From Girardia tigrina (lineage: Eukaryota): a DNA stretch of 54,234 nucleotides. The stretch spans positions 25,827-80,060 of the forward strand of contig MQRK01202609.1 in the NCBI GenBank assembly GCA_001938485.1. Reading direction: 5' to 3'. The stretch's first letter is position 1. Every line of letters begins with the position of its first letter. The position numbers and the translations under genes are program-made. Positions 35,723-49,708 of the stretch are shown here, piece by piece. A model generated the notes under the pieces. It searched no databases. It was not told where the DNA came from and worked only from the letters and a program-made list of their open reading frames with translations.

Positions 35723-37349
35723 TTTTGTATTTAAATAAATAAATGAAATTTTAGCTGTGTCATTTTTTTTCTACTAACTATTATCAATATATTTTAATTA
35801 TAGAAAAAAATATTATAAAAACAAGTTGACTACAATCAAAATCGAGTAATGCGGAATAATATGGACCGTAATACAGTCCTTTGCGGGTAAGAATCTGGAA
35901 TCGGCGTTTAAGTTCTAAGATCCATAGTGAAATTGCAAATCTAAAAATAAATATCCAATTAAATACAATAAGATACAACGAAACAGATATTAACTACACT
36001 TATCAGCAATTATCAATCGGTTAAAATATATAAAAAAATGTTCTACCCCTAACACACTCAATACACACAAGACAATACAATGTATGCCTACAAAAGCAAT
36101 ACATATCTTATACACATGGTGGAATCGTCAATTAAGTACAAAAATTTGAATTTAAAAAAATTAAAATTATGGAAAAAAATTCAATATTCATCGATCAGCA
36201 GGACTAATGACACTTATTAATGGTATATTATCATAAAAAAATAGCAGGATGTCGAAAGACAGTGAAAGAACGGAACCATGCCGTCAAAAAATTTCAACAA
36301 AATCATGAGATTTGATCAATTTTAAACTGGACTCGTTTTTTAAACTATAGCTTTTTGCGAATAATTTAAAAAAATAAAACATTTAACTATTTTTCATGAC
36401 CAAAATAAATCATATGAAAGAAAGAAAATCTGGACGCGTAAGAAGAGGAATGCCTCTCAACATAGTTATTCCATCAAACAGATGCAAAGTTTGTCTCTTA
36501 TAATGACAATATTACGGGGATGTCCACTACTTTTCAAAATATAAATCGGCAGTGATGACCATGCCAAATATCAGGATATTATAACCGAGCTGTCGAACAG
36601 TTTACCGGGAACGAAGCATTATCTTATACAAGATAATCCTCTTATTCATTTCAATACGATTTCAAATAAGACATCTGAATAAGGATCACATTAGACATGA
36701 ACACAGCGGAAGGAAATCAAATTCATCTGACAACAAGTGCAACAAATGAAGGGAGCAATACAACGGAAGTAGACACACAACAAGATATACCAACTAGCAA
36801 TCCTCGGTTAGCGACAAAACCTCCGACTATCTCAATGGTGGTGGAGCAAACGATTGATCCCGAAGAAATTACTGTACAAAGATGAACTACACCAATTCGA
36901 GAATCAAATTTACAAAAAATATTCAGTACACTGTTTTATACACTCCGCACCGCTGAATATTTAAACATTCTGAAATTATTATTTTTTTGAGAAAAAAATT
37001 TTCACTTATATTGATATTAAGCCAGAACCAAGGTTTTTTTACTTACTTTAATGTTTAATTTAATATTAGTTTTGTTCAAAAATTTTCGATTATTTTATCT
37101 TCTTAATTTTTCTTTTCTAATTTCCTATTCACTTTAATAAATAATTTCCAATGGTCTTACTTTTCAAAGAAAATCTTATCTCCACGGACTGTATTTTAAA
37201 AAATTTTCCCATTCAAGTTTTTCAGTAAAACTTCTTTCACCTGAGTTTTTAAGTATAATGTTTCAGATTCATCGAAATGAATAGAGAGATACAAATTAGT
37301 GGAGACCAAGCGATACAATAGGACAATCAGTTCCAAAATCGAATTCCAT

Positions 37350-37960
37350 CGGGAAAATGACCGAATAGAAAACAGAGAACCTTTTGGAATTGCAATGAAT
37401 TGGGTCACATGAGATCCAAATTTCAGAAGGAACTTAAAGTGACATGTTTTTGGATGTGGTCAAAAGGTTTCATCAGCCGATGTTGTCCAGTAAAATGTTA
37501 AAGATGTCAATGATCGGGTCACAAAGCAGACTAATGCTATACGAAATTGAGAGACAATTCTCTCAAACATAACAACCAGGGAAGGCAATGATATGGAAGA
37601 ACGTTGGAACAAAAGCAGTTTCAACAGAACGACAGAATGATAAGTAGACAGAGAACAGGCGAAAGATCTAATCGATATTCGAACTAATACAGACAAGGTA
37701 TAGCGAGATGATTCCAGCTGGTTGTAGTGGAAATGGAGAATATAGAACATCCAAGAAAAAAGCAAAGTGAGCCAAGTCGTTTTGGAATCGATTATAGCGA
37801 TGGAGTAAGTTTTATAAATCTTAAACCGGATTGTAAAAGTAGTAGATATGATTATTATAGTAAAAGTATTAATAAAAATATTAACTTTATAATAAATCAT
37901 GTAATAAAGGCTCTATTTGAAAATGTTTAACAGAGAAGTTGAGTGTGAAGTTTGGATATT
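37350..37960 (+). mobile_element. Very decayed Gypsy integrase-like remnant
   Basis: Faint GIDY...VV..DYYSK-like motif. Confidence 0.3.
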
Positions 37961-38616
37961 AATTTTTGGATCCATGGATCTTATTAATAAGGCCTCACAC
38001 GTTACTCTCTCCCAGTAATTTTTATAATAAATGATAAAAATATGAATATAAATAGCCCATTAATAAATAATAACATACATAGATGAAAAGATGAAGACAG
38101 ATTACAGTGGATGTAGTAGCGGCGCAGCAAGCGAAAATAATACTTACGACCACTGAGATTTTAAGGAGAAAATAATAAGTTGAATGAAGAGTACACCGGA
38201 AGAGATACAAGTACGACGATGGAAAAAGGGCAAGAGAAAGTCAAGTATGATATACATCTAAGTAAGTTATAAAGATTGAATAGAGACACATGAAATCGTT
38301 ACAGATTGCTTCAAGGTCGATTAATTACTAAAGTAGAAATATTTATAAGCTTAAACAGCATAAAGAACATCTGTGTTATATCTTTTTAAAAAATAAAGAA
38401 ACCTTTGAAAACTATGGATTTGCGGTCAGTCTTGTAATGAAACACATTTCAATGGAACTTCATATGAGTTGTTTTTACATATAGTCCTTACCATAAGGAA
38501 ACTTATTTTAAAAATGTGCAAGAACATTTTTTTGTGAGGGGCCTTTGTGACACTACCCATCTATTCGACTACCGTTTCAGTAGTTTACGGGACTGAAATG
38601 TCATATAATTAATTAG

Positions 38617-41274
38617 GGGGCACGAAAATTAAGTCCCGAAAAATTAAATCTCTGAAATTAAAATCTTGTCATTATTTTATGTTTCAGAAAATTAAATCTC
38701 AGACAATTATTTTTTGTAAAACTTATATTTTTATTACAATTTAAAATTTGTAAAATAAAATTTAAAAATAAATGAAAAATCTAATAAAGTTATAAAAAAA
38801 TAAATAAAATTTGTTTTGAATTTTGTTTATAGTCGCAATTGGAGTTTTATCATTTAGTTTGTAATAAACGTGTTTTGAATTTATTTGGATTAAACGTTTC
38901 TGATGGATTCTTCGGATGACGATGTCAAATGTTGGGAAGACGATGAATTGCAAAATTACAATTTTTTATGTTTTATGTGTTCCAATTCGTTCATGGAATT
39001 AAAACTGATGTTCGATCTAATTTCAAAGACCAACAGCAATCGATCGACACGGGAGTCAGTATGACGAGAGCCGGGTTCATCAAGAGACTTTCGAGTCAGC
39101 AAAAATTAATTTTTTATTCCCCTCAACCCCAAAACCCTCCACTCGCAACGTGGTGCTGCAGCCACGCTGCGCATGCTCTGTCATCACCGACTTCAGTTGC
39201 AACAGATTTTGAACAGGTAGAATTTCGAGCAATTCAAGAAGCATGGATACTTAAATTCATGGATTTTTTTTTCATTTGAATCAAACAACGTGCCGAAAAG
39301 TTGGAATTTTGTTTTGTACATGCATTATGTCTCATGTCTCAAGTCTCTCTATGATCACAATAATGATTTTCGTCTTTGATGCAAAATGATCACAGCTTTG
39401 GCTTTTTTCCCATTGATAAACTTTATCACGCTTTTAAGGCTCTTGTTCAAGCGTTTCCAGATGATATCAAAGTGTTTGCAAATTGGCTTGAGGATAATTA
39501 CTTTGGCCACATTATTGGTCGCAGTAGTCGGGCTCAATGAAAGTGAACCATTGTTCTCGCCACAGATCTGGTAAGTATTACGTGGTGCGATCCATAAAGT
39601 CCTTAGACTCGACAAGAAAGCAAAGTCCAATCAACTTTATTTTTTCAGAATCAGTACATGACATCAAAGTAAATCATTTCTCGATGTATGAGCCGTATAC
39701 ATCAACACACTTGCGCCAGCGAGCAACAAGCTCAGAGAACGCATTTTTGCAAAAATTGGGAGGCAAAGAATTGAGAATATCAAGGACTTTCCCTTTGAGG
39801 ATATCAACTGAATGAAAGTGGACACCTTTCAAATATTTCTTTAGGTGTTTAAACAACGCAAAATTTCTTGGAGCTAGGTCAGGGCTATAGGGGGTGGGAA
39901 AAAAACTGAAAGCCACAGTCATCCACAGCAGTCAAAGTTGCTCGCTAAGTTGAATGGGTGCATTGTCTTGAAGGAGCCACAATGGGAACCCTCTTGGCTT
40001 CCTACTAGACTTTCTCACATCGCGAAGTAATTCAACATAATACTCACTATTCAGTGTAAGTCCTTTCTCAAGGAAATTAATTTTAATAATGCCATGGGAA
40101 TCCAAGAACACAGTCAGCATTGCTGCTCACTTGTGCGAGGTGTCGCTTCTAAGTTTTCGGGGAGCACTTTCACAGGGGAAACACCACTCAGAAGATTGAC
40201 GCTTGCTCTCAGGCACATAAAAGCTCACCGGGGTTTCATCTTGTGTAACGATGTTGTTGATGAAGCGATTACCATGAGTGCGAAGCAACTCCAAATAAGC
40301 AGTGCAACACTGCAAACGTTTGTCGCACATTTCACCGGATAGGAATCGGGGAACAAAACGTGAACACAGTTTGCGAACTCCAAATGATTGCAGAATATCA
40401 TATGTAGAATGGTAGCTGATGGATAGACGCTGTGTAAGTTCATGGATGCTTATTCATCTCTCTTCCGACACAATCTTCATGCACAAATCACTTTTTCCGG
40501 GTAAAATTTCCCACGGTCGTCCTGATCTCTCAGCATCAAAAACGGATTGTCGGCCATGTTTTAAGTCTCTGATCTAATTATACACTGTTGCACGTGATGG
40601 GCACTGGTCACCGTAAGGTTCCTGCAATTGCTGCAAAATATCGCAGCTTTTAGTATAGCACAGGAGCAGAAATTTTATCACTCTGCGATATTCGACGTTA
40701 CTGATGTATTTTATTTTTTAGGAACTTGCATCGTTGTGTCTTGGACCACAACGATCTAACAAATGACTTCAGAATCTGCTAATAAACGATTGCAAAAGAA
40801 GCTCTTCTTAGACTATCTGGTTGGGCTGAAAGTAGCTCAAGCCACTCGCGACAAAGAATATAAAGAATTTATTGGTGGCCTACATCGATGTCAAAAACGT
40901 CGAAAGTATCAAAAAGAGGATTCCAGCAATTGTTGAAGGCGGATTTGGAGAGGGTGGCAAGCGCACAATCGTTGAATACTTACACGGTCTTGTACAAAAT
41001 TTTAAAATGGACCAATGACTTATGTTTAAAAATAATAAATATGTTGCTACGTAAATTGTTATTTTTTACTTCTTTAATTTTTTTAAAAATTTACTGGATT
41101 TTTTAAAATTTTTATAATTTTATTAGATTTTTCATTTATTTTTAAAATTTATTTTACAAATTTTAAATTGTTTTAAAAATATAAGTTTTAAAAAAAATAA
41201 TTGTCTGAGATTTAATTTTCTGAAGCTTAAAGTAATGAGAAAATTTTAATTTCTAGACTTAAATCTCTTGCTCC
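38617..41274 (+). mobile_element. Mutator-like element (MULE) with ~180-bp TIRs, interrupted by a mariner
   Basis: Long inverted termini (e.g. TTCAGAAAATTAAATCTCAGACAATTATTTTT and its reverse complement) with AATTAATT-type flanks. Peptides TDFE..., MITALAF, WLEDNYFG, PLFSPQIW, and VEYLHGLVQNF after the mariner. Confidence 0.8.
39581..40887 (-). mobile_element. mariner (DD34D-type) element nested in the MULE
   Basis: Motifs IVTQDETPV, LNSEYY, LLQDNAP, PYSPDLAP, RWRKCVDVYGSYIEK. TIRs degenerate. Confidence 0.85.
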
Positions 41275-41460
41275 AAATTAATTGATATTTTTAATAAAAT
41301 TTGACGAGAAATTCATTTTTATGCAATATTTTATAAATATGGCCGAAATTATGTTGATATTCTTCTCAAAGACGAGTGCTGTGAAAATCAAAATATAAAT
41401 CTTAAGTAGAGCAAAGGTATCTAGTAAATGTATATACTTTATATGTATGATACTTTAGCC

Positions 41461-41830
41461 CAGTGTTTCTCAAAGTTCATGTTAATGCGACCACAAAAAT
41501 TAATTGACAATGATTTCGCGAACCCCCATGTTTGATTATCAAATTTTTGTAGTAATAATAATAAAATATAGTAATAATACATTCACAATTTTTATTTATA
41601 TTTTAAATCCTAATGGCTTTTATGTTGTTCAAGCTCTTTAACCAATTTATCTACTCAGCTAAAGTTTAGTCTTTTGAAATCTTTCATTTCAATTATCCAT
41701 CACAGCCCGAGAAGTGTGGGCTTCATAACTAAGAGCTTTCTCTTTATGGGTTTTATTTATCAGGATCACCTCAGGTTTCTCTTAAAAGATTTAGTTCATG
41801 ATAATGATGTATTTATTACTAGTACCACCC
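41461..41830 (-). mobile_element. hAT-Charlie-type 3' end remnant
   Basis: Terminus CAGTGTTTCTCAAAGT. The minus strand ends ...DKLVKELEQHKSH*. Confidence 0.45.
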
Positions 41831-41939
41831 AAAGCTTTATATTAATATATGCCTGAAAGAAATTCTGAACAGGGTCTATTCGTTCGTGATGCAGAAATAT
41901 TTTTAAAAATAATTTTCTTAAAGCTTTTTAAACAAATCG

Positions 41940-43570
41940 ACTATCGAACATGTTTTGACGTTTAATACTCCATCATCAGCAATTAAAATTTAATATTTGC
42001 TGGCTTTAATGTTAATTTTATAGAATCTTAGTTTTAATAGAATGAATTTTCTTAATTTATTTTAATAATTCAATATATCTTTGCATAATAATAGCAAAAT
42101 GTTTTAAAATTTAAAAAAAATTGAAGATTTGAAACGCCTTTACTTTGTTCATTTTGAATGTTTGTTAAAGGGTTATAGTGTCCTATCAATAATGATTCAC
42201 AGAACTGTCACTCATAATGTGAATCAAAGCCCTTCTGTAAAACAGAAAACTTATCCTTTGAAAAAGAAGAGATTCTATTTTTACAATGTAACTTTACTCA
42301 TTCGACTCGATTGTGAATGCTCACTAATCCGGGTTTTGAGAAATAGATTTGTCTCTCTAATGGACGAGTTTTTACACCCGTGACAATTAAATTTATTAAC
42401 CAGATTACCTTGCAATTCACAAATTGTTTTCGATTTATATTAGGGAAAACTTTGTATTTCATCGAAAATACATTAACAATATTCTTGCAAATAATCTTCT
42501 TAAATGCTCTAAATACTTCAGAATAGGATATTTTGATTATTCATTTTTGCTTTTCCATGTTTTCTTCCTTAAGTCCTTAATTAACCTGTTTTTGAGAACA
42601 TAATTTTTCAAATGTAACTATCTGTTTATGTGTGTACATGTTGTCCCTCCAGCGTCTTCTAAGGATATTTAAACCATGATCTAAGATTTCAAAATAGGAA
42701 GATAAACTCCAAAGTTTGAGGACCAAGCCCTTTCATACTATTTCTATATTTTTCCCAAAAAACAGCTCTGAGGTGTTATGTAGAGATCTGTATCTGTTGC
42801 CTTTCTGTATAATCCAGTTCGATATTTCCGATTTGTTCTAGTGACAATAATGTAAAGAAAAGAAAGTCTGTTATTTAATTCGATTCTTTAGTGAATTTAA
42901 TATTAGGATCAAGACCATTCATGAACTTTAAGAATGTTTCTATAAGGAATCGGTTTCTAAAAACCAGAAATTATAATCTGTATACATCTTGTAGAGCCCA
43001 TGTTTTTACTCAGGGTATGTCTCGATTTCCATAAAATTGATAAAAAAGTTGAAGTTAATGGGGAACATATTGCGACTTCATCTTTCTGAATGTTAAAAAG
43101 AAATTCCACATTTTTGACAGTTCATTTACTAAGTTTTTTCATTGCGTCTTTTTTAATGACCTCCTTCACAGAGTCAGAATTATCATCACATTACTTTTTC
43201 ACATAAATCAATAGTTTCGTCGATGGACAAATACGTAAATAAAATGGAGACATCAAATGAGACAAGAAATTGCGAGTCGCCTTTACGTACCCAATTCAAA
43301 ATGAAATCTTTGAATTCAATGCTATCCATAATCTCAAATAGATTAAAAATCAAGGGACTCAAATAAGGAATCAAGAATCTTTACGAACTTGTACTGTATT
43401 GAACTTGTGCTTTTCAATGCTTTCTTCCTTAAGTTCATACTTCACCTTTTTTTTGAGTATATAATTTGTCAAATTTAGCTTTAATGTTGTGATCTATCTG
43501 TTTCTATGCGTACATGTTGTCCCTCAAGCATCCACTAAGGATATTTAAACGATGATCTATGATGTTTTTC
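41940..43570 (-). mobile_element. Penelope-like element remnant (RT + GIY-YIG) with a duplicated internal piece
   Basis: FLVSFDVSILFTYLSIDETIDL, VAICSPL (GxxMGSPL motif), KFNCHGCK. Segment 43405-43565 repeats 42545-42690. Confidence 0.75.
41943..41983 (-). ncRNA. Degenerate minimal hammerhead at a Penelope 3' end
   Basis: AUUG-CUGAUGA-...-(A)AAA-CAUG-UU-CGAU. G12 is mutated. Confidence 0.45.
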
Positions 43571-45754
43571 ACGAAAAACAAATAGAAATGAATGAAATAC
43601 TCGATGGAAAACATCAAACTAAGAAAAACCGCATAATCAAATAATAAATTTCTTAATATTTTTTTATCTTTCAAATATTTTATTTTAAATTTGATAATTA
43701 AATGGTTTTGTTTAATAATTTTTGAACAATTAAAAAGTTAACAAAGTCGTTGACAAAATCAATATTCATGTAATCGCATGGCATTACATGATGAATAATA
43801 GTGCATTATGGATTGTACTTTTACCAAATTCGGATATTGTTATTGTAAACAAATAAATAAGTAATTTTATCAAAAAGAATTTTCACGAAAACATTTTGTA
43901 ACGAAAAATAATAATTTGAAATATTTAAACTGTTATGAGAGTTGATTAAAATGTGAAGATACAAAAAATGATATTCATGATTTAAAATTTTTGAATTTGT
44001 ATCTTTCCTGCTGTCATTCATATTGAAAAATCGATAATTCACATTACAATGAACTTTCGAATTCAATTGAACTGTGATGTCAACAGGTTGATTCAAATTA
44101 GAAACAAATCTAATGAAACAAGATGTATAAAGAATTTGTATGAATTAACCTAAAAAATTGTAATGGAAATGTAAGAAAATCCTTTCAGAAATAATCATTA
44201 AAGATTGTTACGAACATTGAGACAATTTTTGTCATCATTCTAATTGGTTCTTTTATTTCTATTTTAATCGTGATTATTCGAACAATTTTTATGAATCTTT
44301 TTAAAATATTTAATTTCTAAAAATATTTATTAAAAATAATAATTTTAATCATTTCTTTATAAAAAAATCAAAATAAAAAACTTTTTTTATTAAAAATGAA
44401 TTTAATTTAAATTTTATTAGTTTTATTTATATCTAATTAAATGATTTTCTTTTTTAAAAAATGTTAAACTTACTTTTAATTGTTAATTTTAAAAATATGA
44501 ACTTATGAAATTATTTTTTATGACAATTAATTTCGACGGTATAACTGAAGTGGATTAAAAATAGGGTGAACCGAATTTTTAATCCACTTACGAATATATT
44601 TAAAAATAAAATCAATACGTTGAATTAAAAAGATTATATTAGTAACAACAGAAGAATAAAACGAAAGATATCACCAAAATAGAAAATCAGTTATAAGGGA
44701 TTCAATGAGTAAAAATGTTACTTTACTATTGTCCAAAATTGATCTTCAACAAAATCAATAATTGTATGGAGGGGTTCACGAATTTTCACGAAGATAAATA
44801 CAGATCCGAAACTTTGAAGATGACTTGATTCTTAGAATTCCTCGGTTGAAACTTGGTGAGAGTGGTTTCTAATATTTTGGCTTTAAATTCATCTATTGAA
44901 TCTTGTATTGTTTTTTTATTGATTTTTTTTATTGTTATAATTCTAATTATATTTTAATAATAATCTTAATATTATTATTGTAATAATATTATATATATAT
45001 AATTCTGCTAATATATAATTTTTTATTATCTTCCTAATTTCATCTTTGTGTTTCAATGTGTATGTTGATTTGGAAATGTGTCTCTCCTACCCAGATGGAT
45101 GATTAATATTTTAATTCTTATTATCTAAAAATATGTAATGTTTAAATTTATTTTTAATTTCAANNNNNNNNNNNNNNNNNNNNNNNNNNNNNNNNNNNNN
45201 NNNNNNNNNNNNNAGTTAATTAATTTTTATAATATTTAATAAATAAATCAAATTAATATTTTTTAAATAATTAATTATCATTTTAATTATTATTCAATAA
45301 GTTTTGAGTGAATATTTTATTTAAATATTTATATCCCCATTTTCTAAAAAAAGGAATGAGAATTAAAACCATTAATCAATTTCGCTTTGAATGCAAATGT
45401 ACGAAAATTTTGACAAAGATTGTCTTGAGGACAATCAAAATTGTTGTTTAAATAAAAATATAAAAAATCAAATTGGTGTTCTTAATAATCTTCCGTTATT
45501 GATTCTTTCTTTTCTCAACTGTCCTCTCTAATTATTATTTACATAAATAAAAAAAATCAAACCTAATCAAAATACAAAGATGATTTTGTTTATAACACCA
45601 CACACAAAAATAGATATTCATATGCAGATTTTGTTATAAATAAAAAAAATATGCGGGCACTACAATAACCATGATAGTCAGGTCTCAAGAAAAAAATGAG
45701 TTTTAAATCTGCTTATACAGACAAGAAGGGATTGTGCAATCAATTGATTGTTAT

Positions 45755-46130
45755 GTCATCTAAACACGCTCAATAGGCTTTTCGAAAGACCCGTTTGCAC
45801 ATTAGTCTTAGGATGTAAAGATCTGATATATAGTGCTTCACAAGCCACCCTCTACCAATAGTTTTTAAAACGACTACACATAATTTAAAAATCATTTATG
45901 TTGATTTTCGTTCCAATTACAACCATTTATGTGTTCTGGAAAATTACTCTCACCTAAATTCCGACCTTGTTCTTGGATTCTCCTACAGAGATAACGGGAC
46001 ATCACTCCAATTTATGTGGCATTACACCCATTACATGTAAATTGATATACGAGATCCGATCATAATACAAATGAGGCTGGAGATTTATTACAAAATAAGT
46101 TTTGGATTTTATATGTTTGTCATATTATTT
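45755..46130 (-). pseudogene. Penelope GIY-YIG fragment related to 29370-29760
   Basis: VYQFTCNGCNAT*IG...RRIQEQG and RFKNYW*RVACEALYIRSLHPKTNVQ. Confidence 0.75.
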
Positions 46131-49100
46131 TAAAATTACAGGCATTATTTACACATTTTAAAATTGAACGTTTAAATTGACCAAATCCTTCGGATGATGG
46201 GATGCTTAAAGTTGGTAGTTTTTCTTTATAATTTTAAATCTTTTTATTAATTAATTTATCACTTGTTTATTTGTTCAATTTCTAAACAATTGATTTTGAA
46301 TAACCATTTTTATTCAATAATTGGATTATTGGGTTAATGTTATCACAACTTTTTGTATAAGTTGGTGATAATGATAAGGAGCCTTTTTAAAGCATTTATT
46401 AATAATTCTGATGTTTTCGTCCTGTTAATTTTTAATTGACAACCCAAGAAGAATATTATTTACAGGAAATTTTTGAATAGTAACGAGAATACCTCGTGAA
46501 TCAACCTTTGAGTCGCATTTGTATAATTTCCAAATAATCATTAATTTGCATTTATAAAATCCTAAATTAGTGTATATAATTATTTTGCATGTTTGACCTA
46601 GCTAACCCAAAACAGCAGCGTATTAGCCGGCTAAAAGTTTAAGAGGCTAAGAAATTGAAATCAACTCGAACTATTTCTGATATCCGGAAACATATTTTTA
46701 AGTGCTCTGAACCATGACTCTGACGTTTTTAACTAATGATGAGACTGGTTTTCTATCCTGAAAATCGCCACCGCCGAGTTAATATGTTAAGATCTTATAA
46801 ATCAGTCTACGTTGCGATTATAGATTAACTATTCTTTGTAAACATTTCTACAGCAAAAGTACGATGTATGACATTCCAAACCATAATAGTAAATGATAGT
46901 TTGGGAATATTAAATGATAAAGTTTCGTTTTCTACTAAAAACTGCAAAACAATTTAACCTATTTTGTAAATATCTATGTATCTAAATAAATATTGTTAAA
47001 GACACGTTTTTTATTAATATTTCTTTAACCGAAAGATGTATTGTTATTGCCTTGCATTTGTTTTTTTACTTTACATATATTTTGAAAATTTTGGTATATG
47101 TATTGCTTATTTAAAAATGCGATTTACTTTGTTTGATTATTTATTTGTCTATGTAAAAAATATTTTTTTGGTAATGTCAAGATCAACAAGTTTTATTTCA
47201 AAATAATTTTAAACCTAATTTTAATACGTCTACACTTAATTATCACTTGATTTTCACAATATTTGTTCAATTTAATAATTTTTTCCGTACATCCGTCAAG
47301 TAAATGTTTTAAAATATTGTATTATCATCGGAAGCAAGCCTGTATAAAAAAAATTCAGCTCAATTGGATGACTGAAAGTGGTCGAAAAATCAATCGCAAG
47401 ATTTGTTCCAGTCAGACAGACAAGAAACCAAACTAAGAAAAACGTGGTAAAAATGGGAATTTAGATAAAAAATCAAAAAAAAGACCATTAAAAAAATAAA
47501 AGATTCTCTACTAAATTATTTTTTGGGCAGTAATAAAATAATATGAATTCAGAAAAATTAAAAATCAATAATCACTAATTATTGGTTGGCAAATAACGAT
47601 AATAAAAAGACAAATTTAATTGTTGGTATAATAGTGACGTGAAGAAGTTTTGTGATTTATTACGAAATACGATCTCCAAAGAAACTACTGAATCAATCCA
47701 TAGACCAAATTCTATATTATCTGTATAGACTCTACAACAAGTTCGAATAATTTGTATTTATTATTATTCTATTTTTTGGTTTTGCTTGTTGTTATAGACT
47801 TAATAATATCTTTTAATACTGATGTCATTGCAATATTCATTTCATCTTTATTTTTTATTAACCATAAGATAAAGTTCCTCCAATCTGTAAATATCTTTAA
47901 TGATGTAATCAGGTATGAACTACCATTTTGAATTTGAAAGCTGATTCAGCCTTAAAGATCATTTTTGTCAACTATGGGTTAATTAAAATTTTTAATTTTT
48001 ATCGTATGAAAATATATCAGGATATAATTTTAGAATAACAATTTTTGTGTAATGCAGTTTTATTTTAAATGTAAATTACTAAGCGTTTTTAATAGCAGTC
48101 ATTGAGTCAAATTTTTTTGATAAAATGAGCAAACCAATGAGCTGTACATGTTTCTTCATATCATTGTTTATTGACTTAGATAAGTAACATTGTTTTGCAT
48201 TTTTTAAAGTTTGTTTTAAAAAGAGCACTTACAAGATCTTTCAAAAGATAAAAGTCATTTTTCGATACTTTAAGAAACGTTTTACGATATTAAGTAAAAT
48301 TATTCGATTAAAAATACTTGAAATTTAAGATTATGATTATCCCTTACAACTGGAAGGATCTCACGAGGGTGCTGTCTTAATGTAATCGATTACAATGGAT
48401 GGTATTCGGAAATATAACTAATTGAAACAAAATATTTACTACTTATTTATTTAATTGTAGTAAAAAGTTCTAAATTATGAAACACGGATTTCCACAAAGC
48501 CACTTGATAGTAGATTACTAGAACATGATAAAATGTAATTAATAAAAAACTCTCAACTTTTTGCTAATGTTATTATAAATATTTATAAAAACAATTAAAC
48601 ATGTACTTATTAAGATAAATATTGATTATATCTCTCTAATTGTATATATTTTATTTTCATTGATTAACTGATAAGTCAGTTTGGTTTAATAATCGTGTCC
48701 AACATTCATCTGTTTATTTGATTGAAACGAAATTTTCGAATAAAATGTAAAGTTAATAATTTATTTTTACTAAAGATATAAAATAATCCTAAATTTAACT
48801 GATACTATTATCGGGCACATCAAACACAAACGGAATACAAATCATTTATCAATGAGCATTATTTCGAACCGAACTGGCTTGTATGAGTTCACGATGTTCT
48901 TCAGCGAGCACTGAACGAGAATTACCACATTTTTTGTCATTTGAGGAAACTGGACCGCCACTATTGGAGCCGTATAGTTCCTCTGCATCACAAACGGATA
49001 AAACATATTCGGAATTCGACCACTAAATAATAATCAGTAGCAATAACACTTGAACTCTAATATGATAAATTTATGTTTGACACATTTTTTCAAAAATAAA

Positions 49101-49708
49101 AAGTTATTTTTAATAGTATTAATGAAATATATTATTGAGAAAAATAAAATTCATAATTTTAAGAAAGATTATTCTTAATGTTGAACTGAGCTATAAAAAT
49201 ACTTTTATAATATTATAGTTTGGAATTTAAAAAGTTATTTAAGTGTAAAAATGTATCAATCTGTATTTGAGTCCACTTTTAGACAGGGTTTAACATAAAT
49301 TTGTATTATGTTTCCAACAATAATTATACAACGTAACAAAAAATTCTAAAGTTCATAGTTACTTATACTTTTCATCATTTCCTCATGTAATTGTGGATGC
49401 GGAACACAAATATGATGTATGTTTCTCTCTAGTGACATCGTTCGAAAGTAATTGTTACAAAAATAAGTATATAGTAAACGTGTATGAATAACACTGGGTA
49501 ACAAATTTTTATAAACGTCATGTTTCATGACACTTAAGTGTTTCTTAATGTAATTGTGCTCGCTGATTCAGAAAATAATATCAATTTCTCCCTACCTTCA
49601 ACGGTTCAAAAGATAAACTAAATGTTATAAAATTAACATATACGAGAAATCAGCTGTAACTACCTTACACAAAATTAGCAAAATATCAACATAACTGAGA
49701 GTTACAAT

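Noticed and set aside
45395-45440. Possible hammerhead downstream of the 45755 Penelope fragment
   Set aside because: Both core boxes are mutated; too degenerate to call.
47280-47460. Helentron/DINE-1-like short repeat (also 14640-14760)
   Set aside because: Resemblance only; termini could not be defined.
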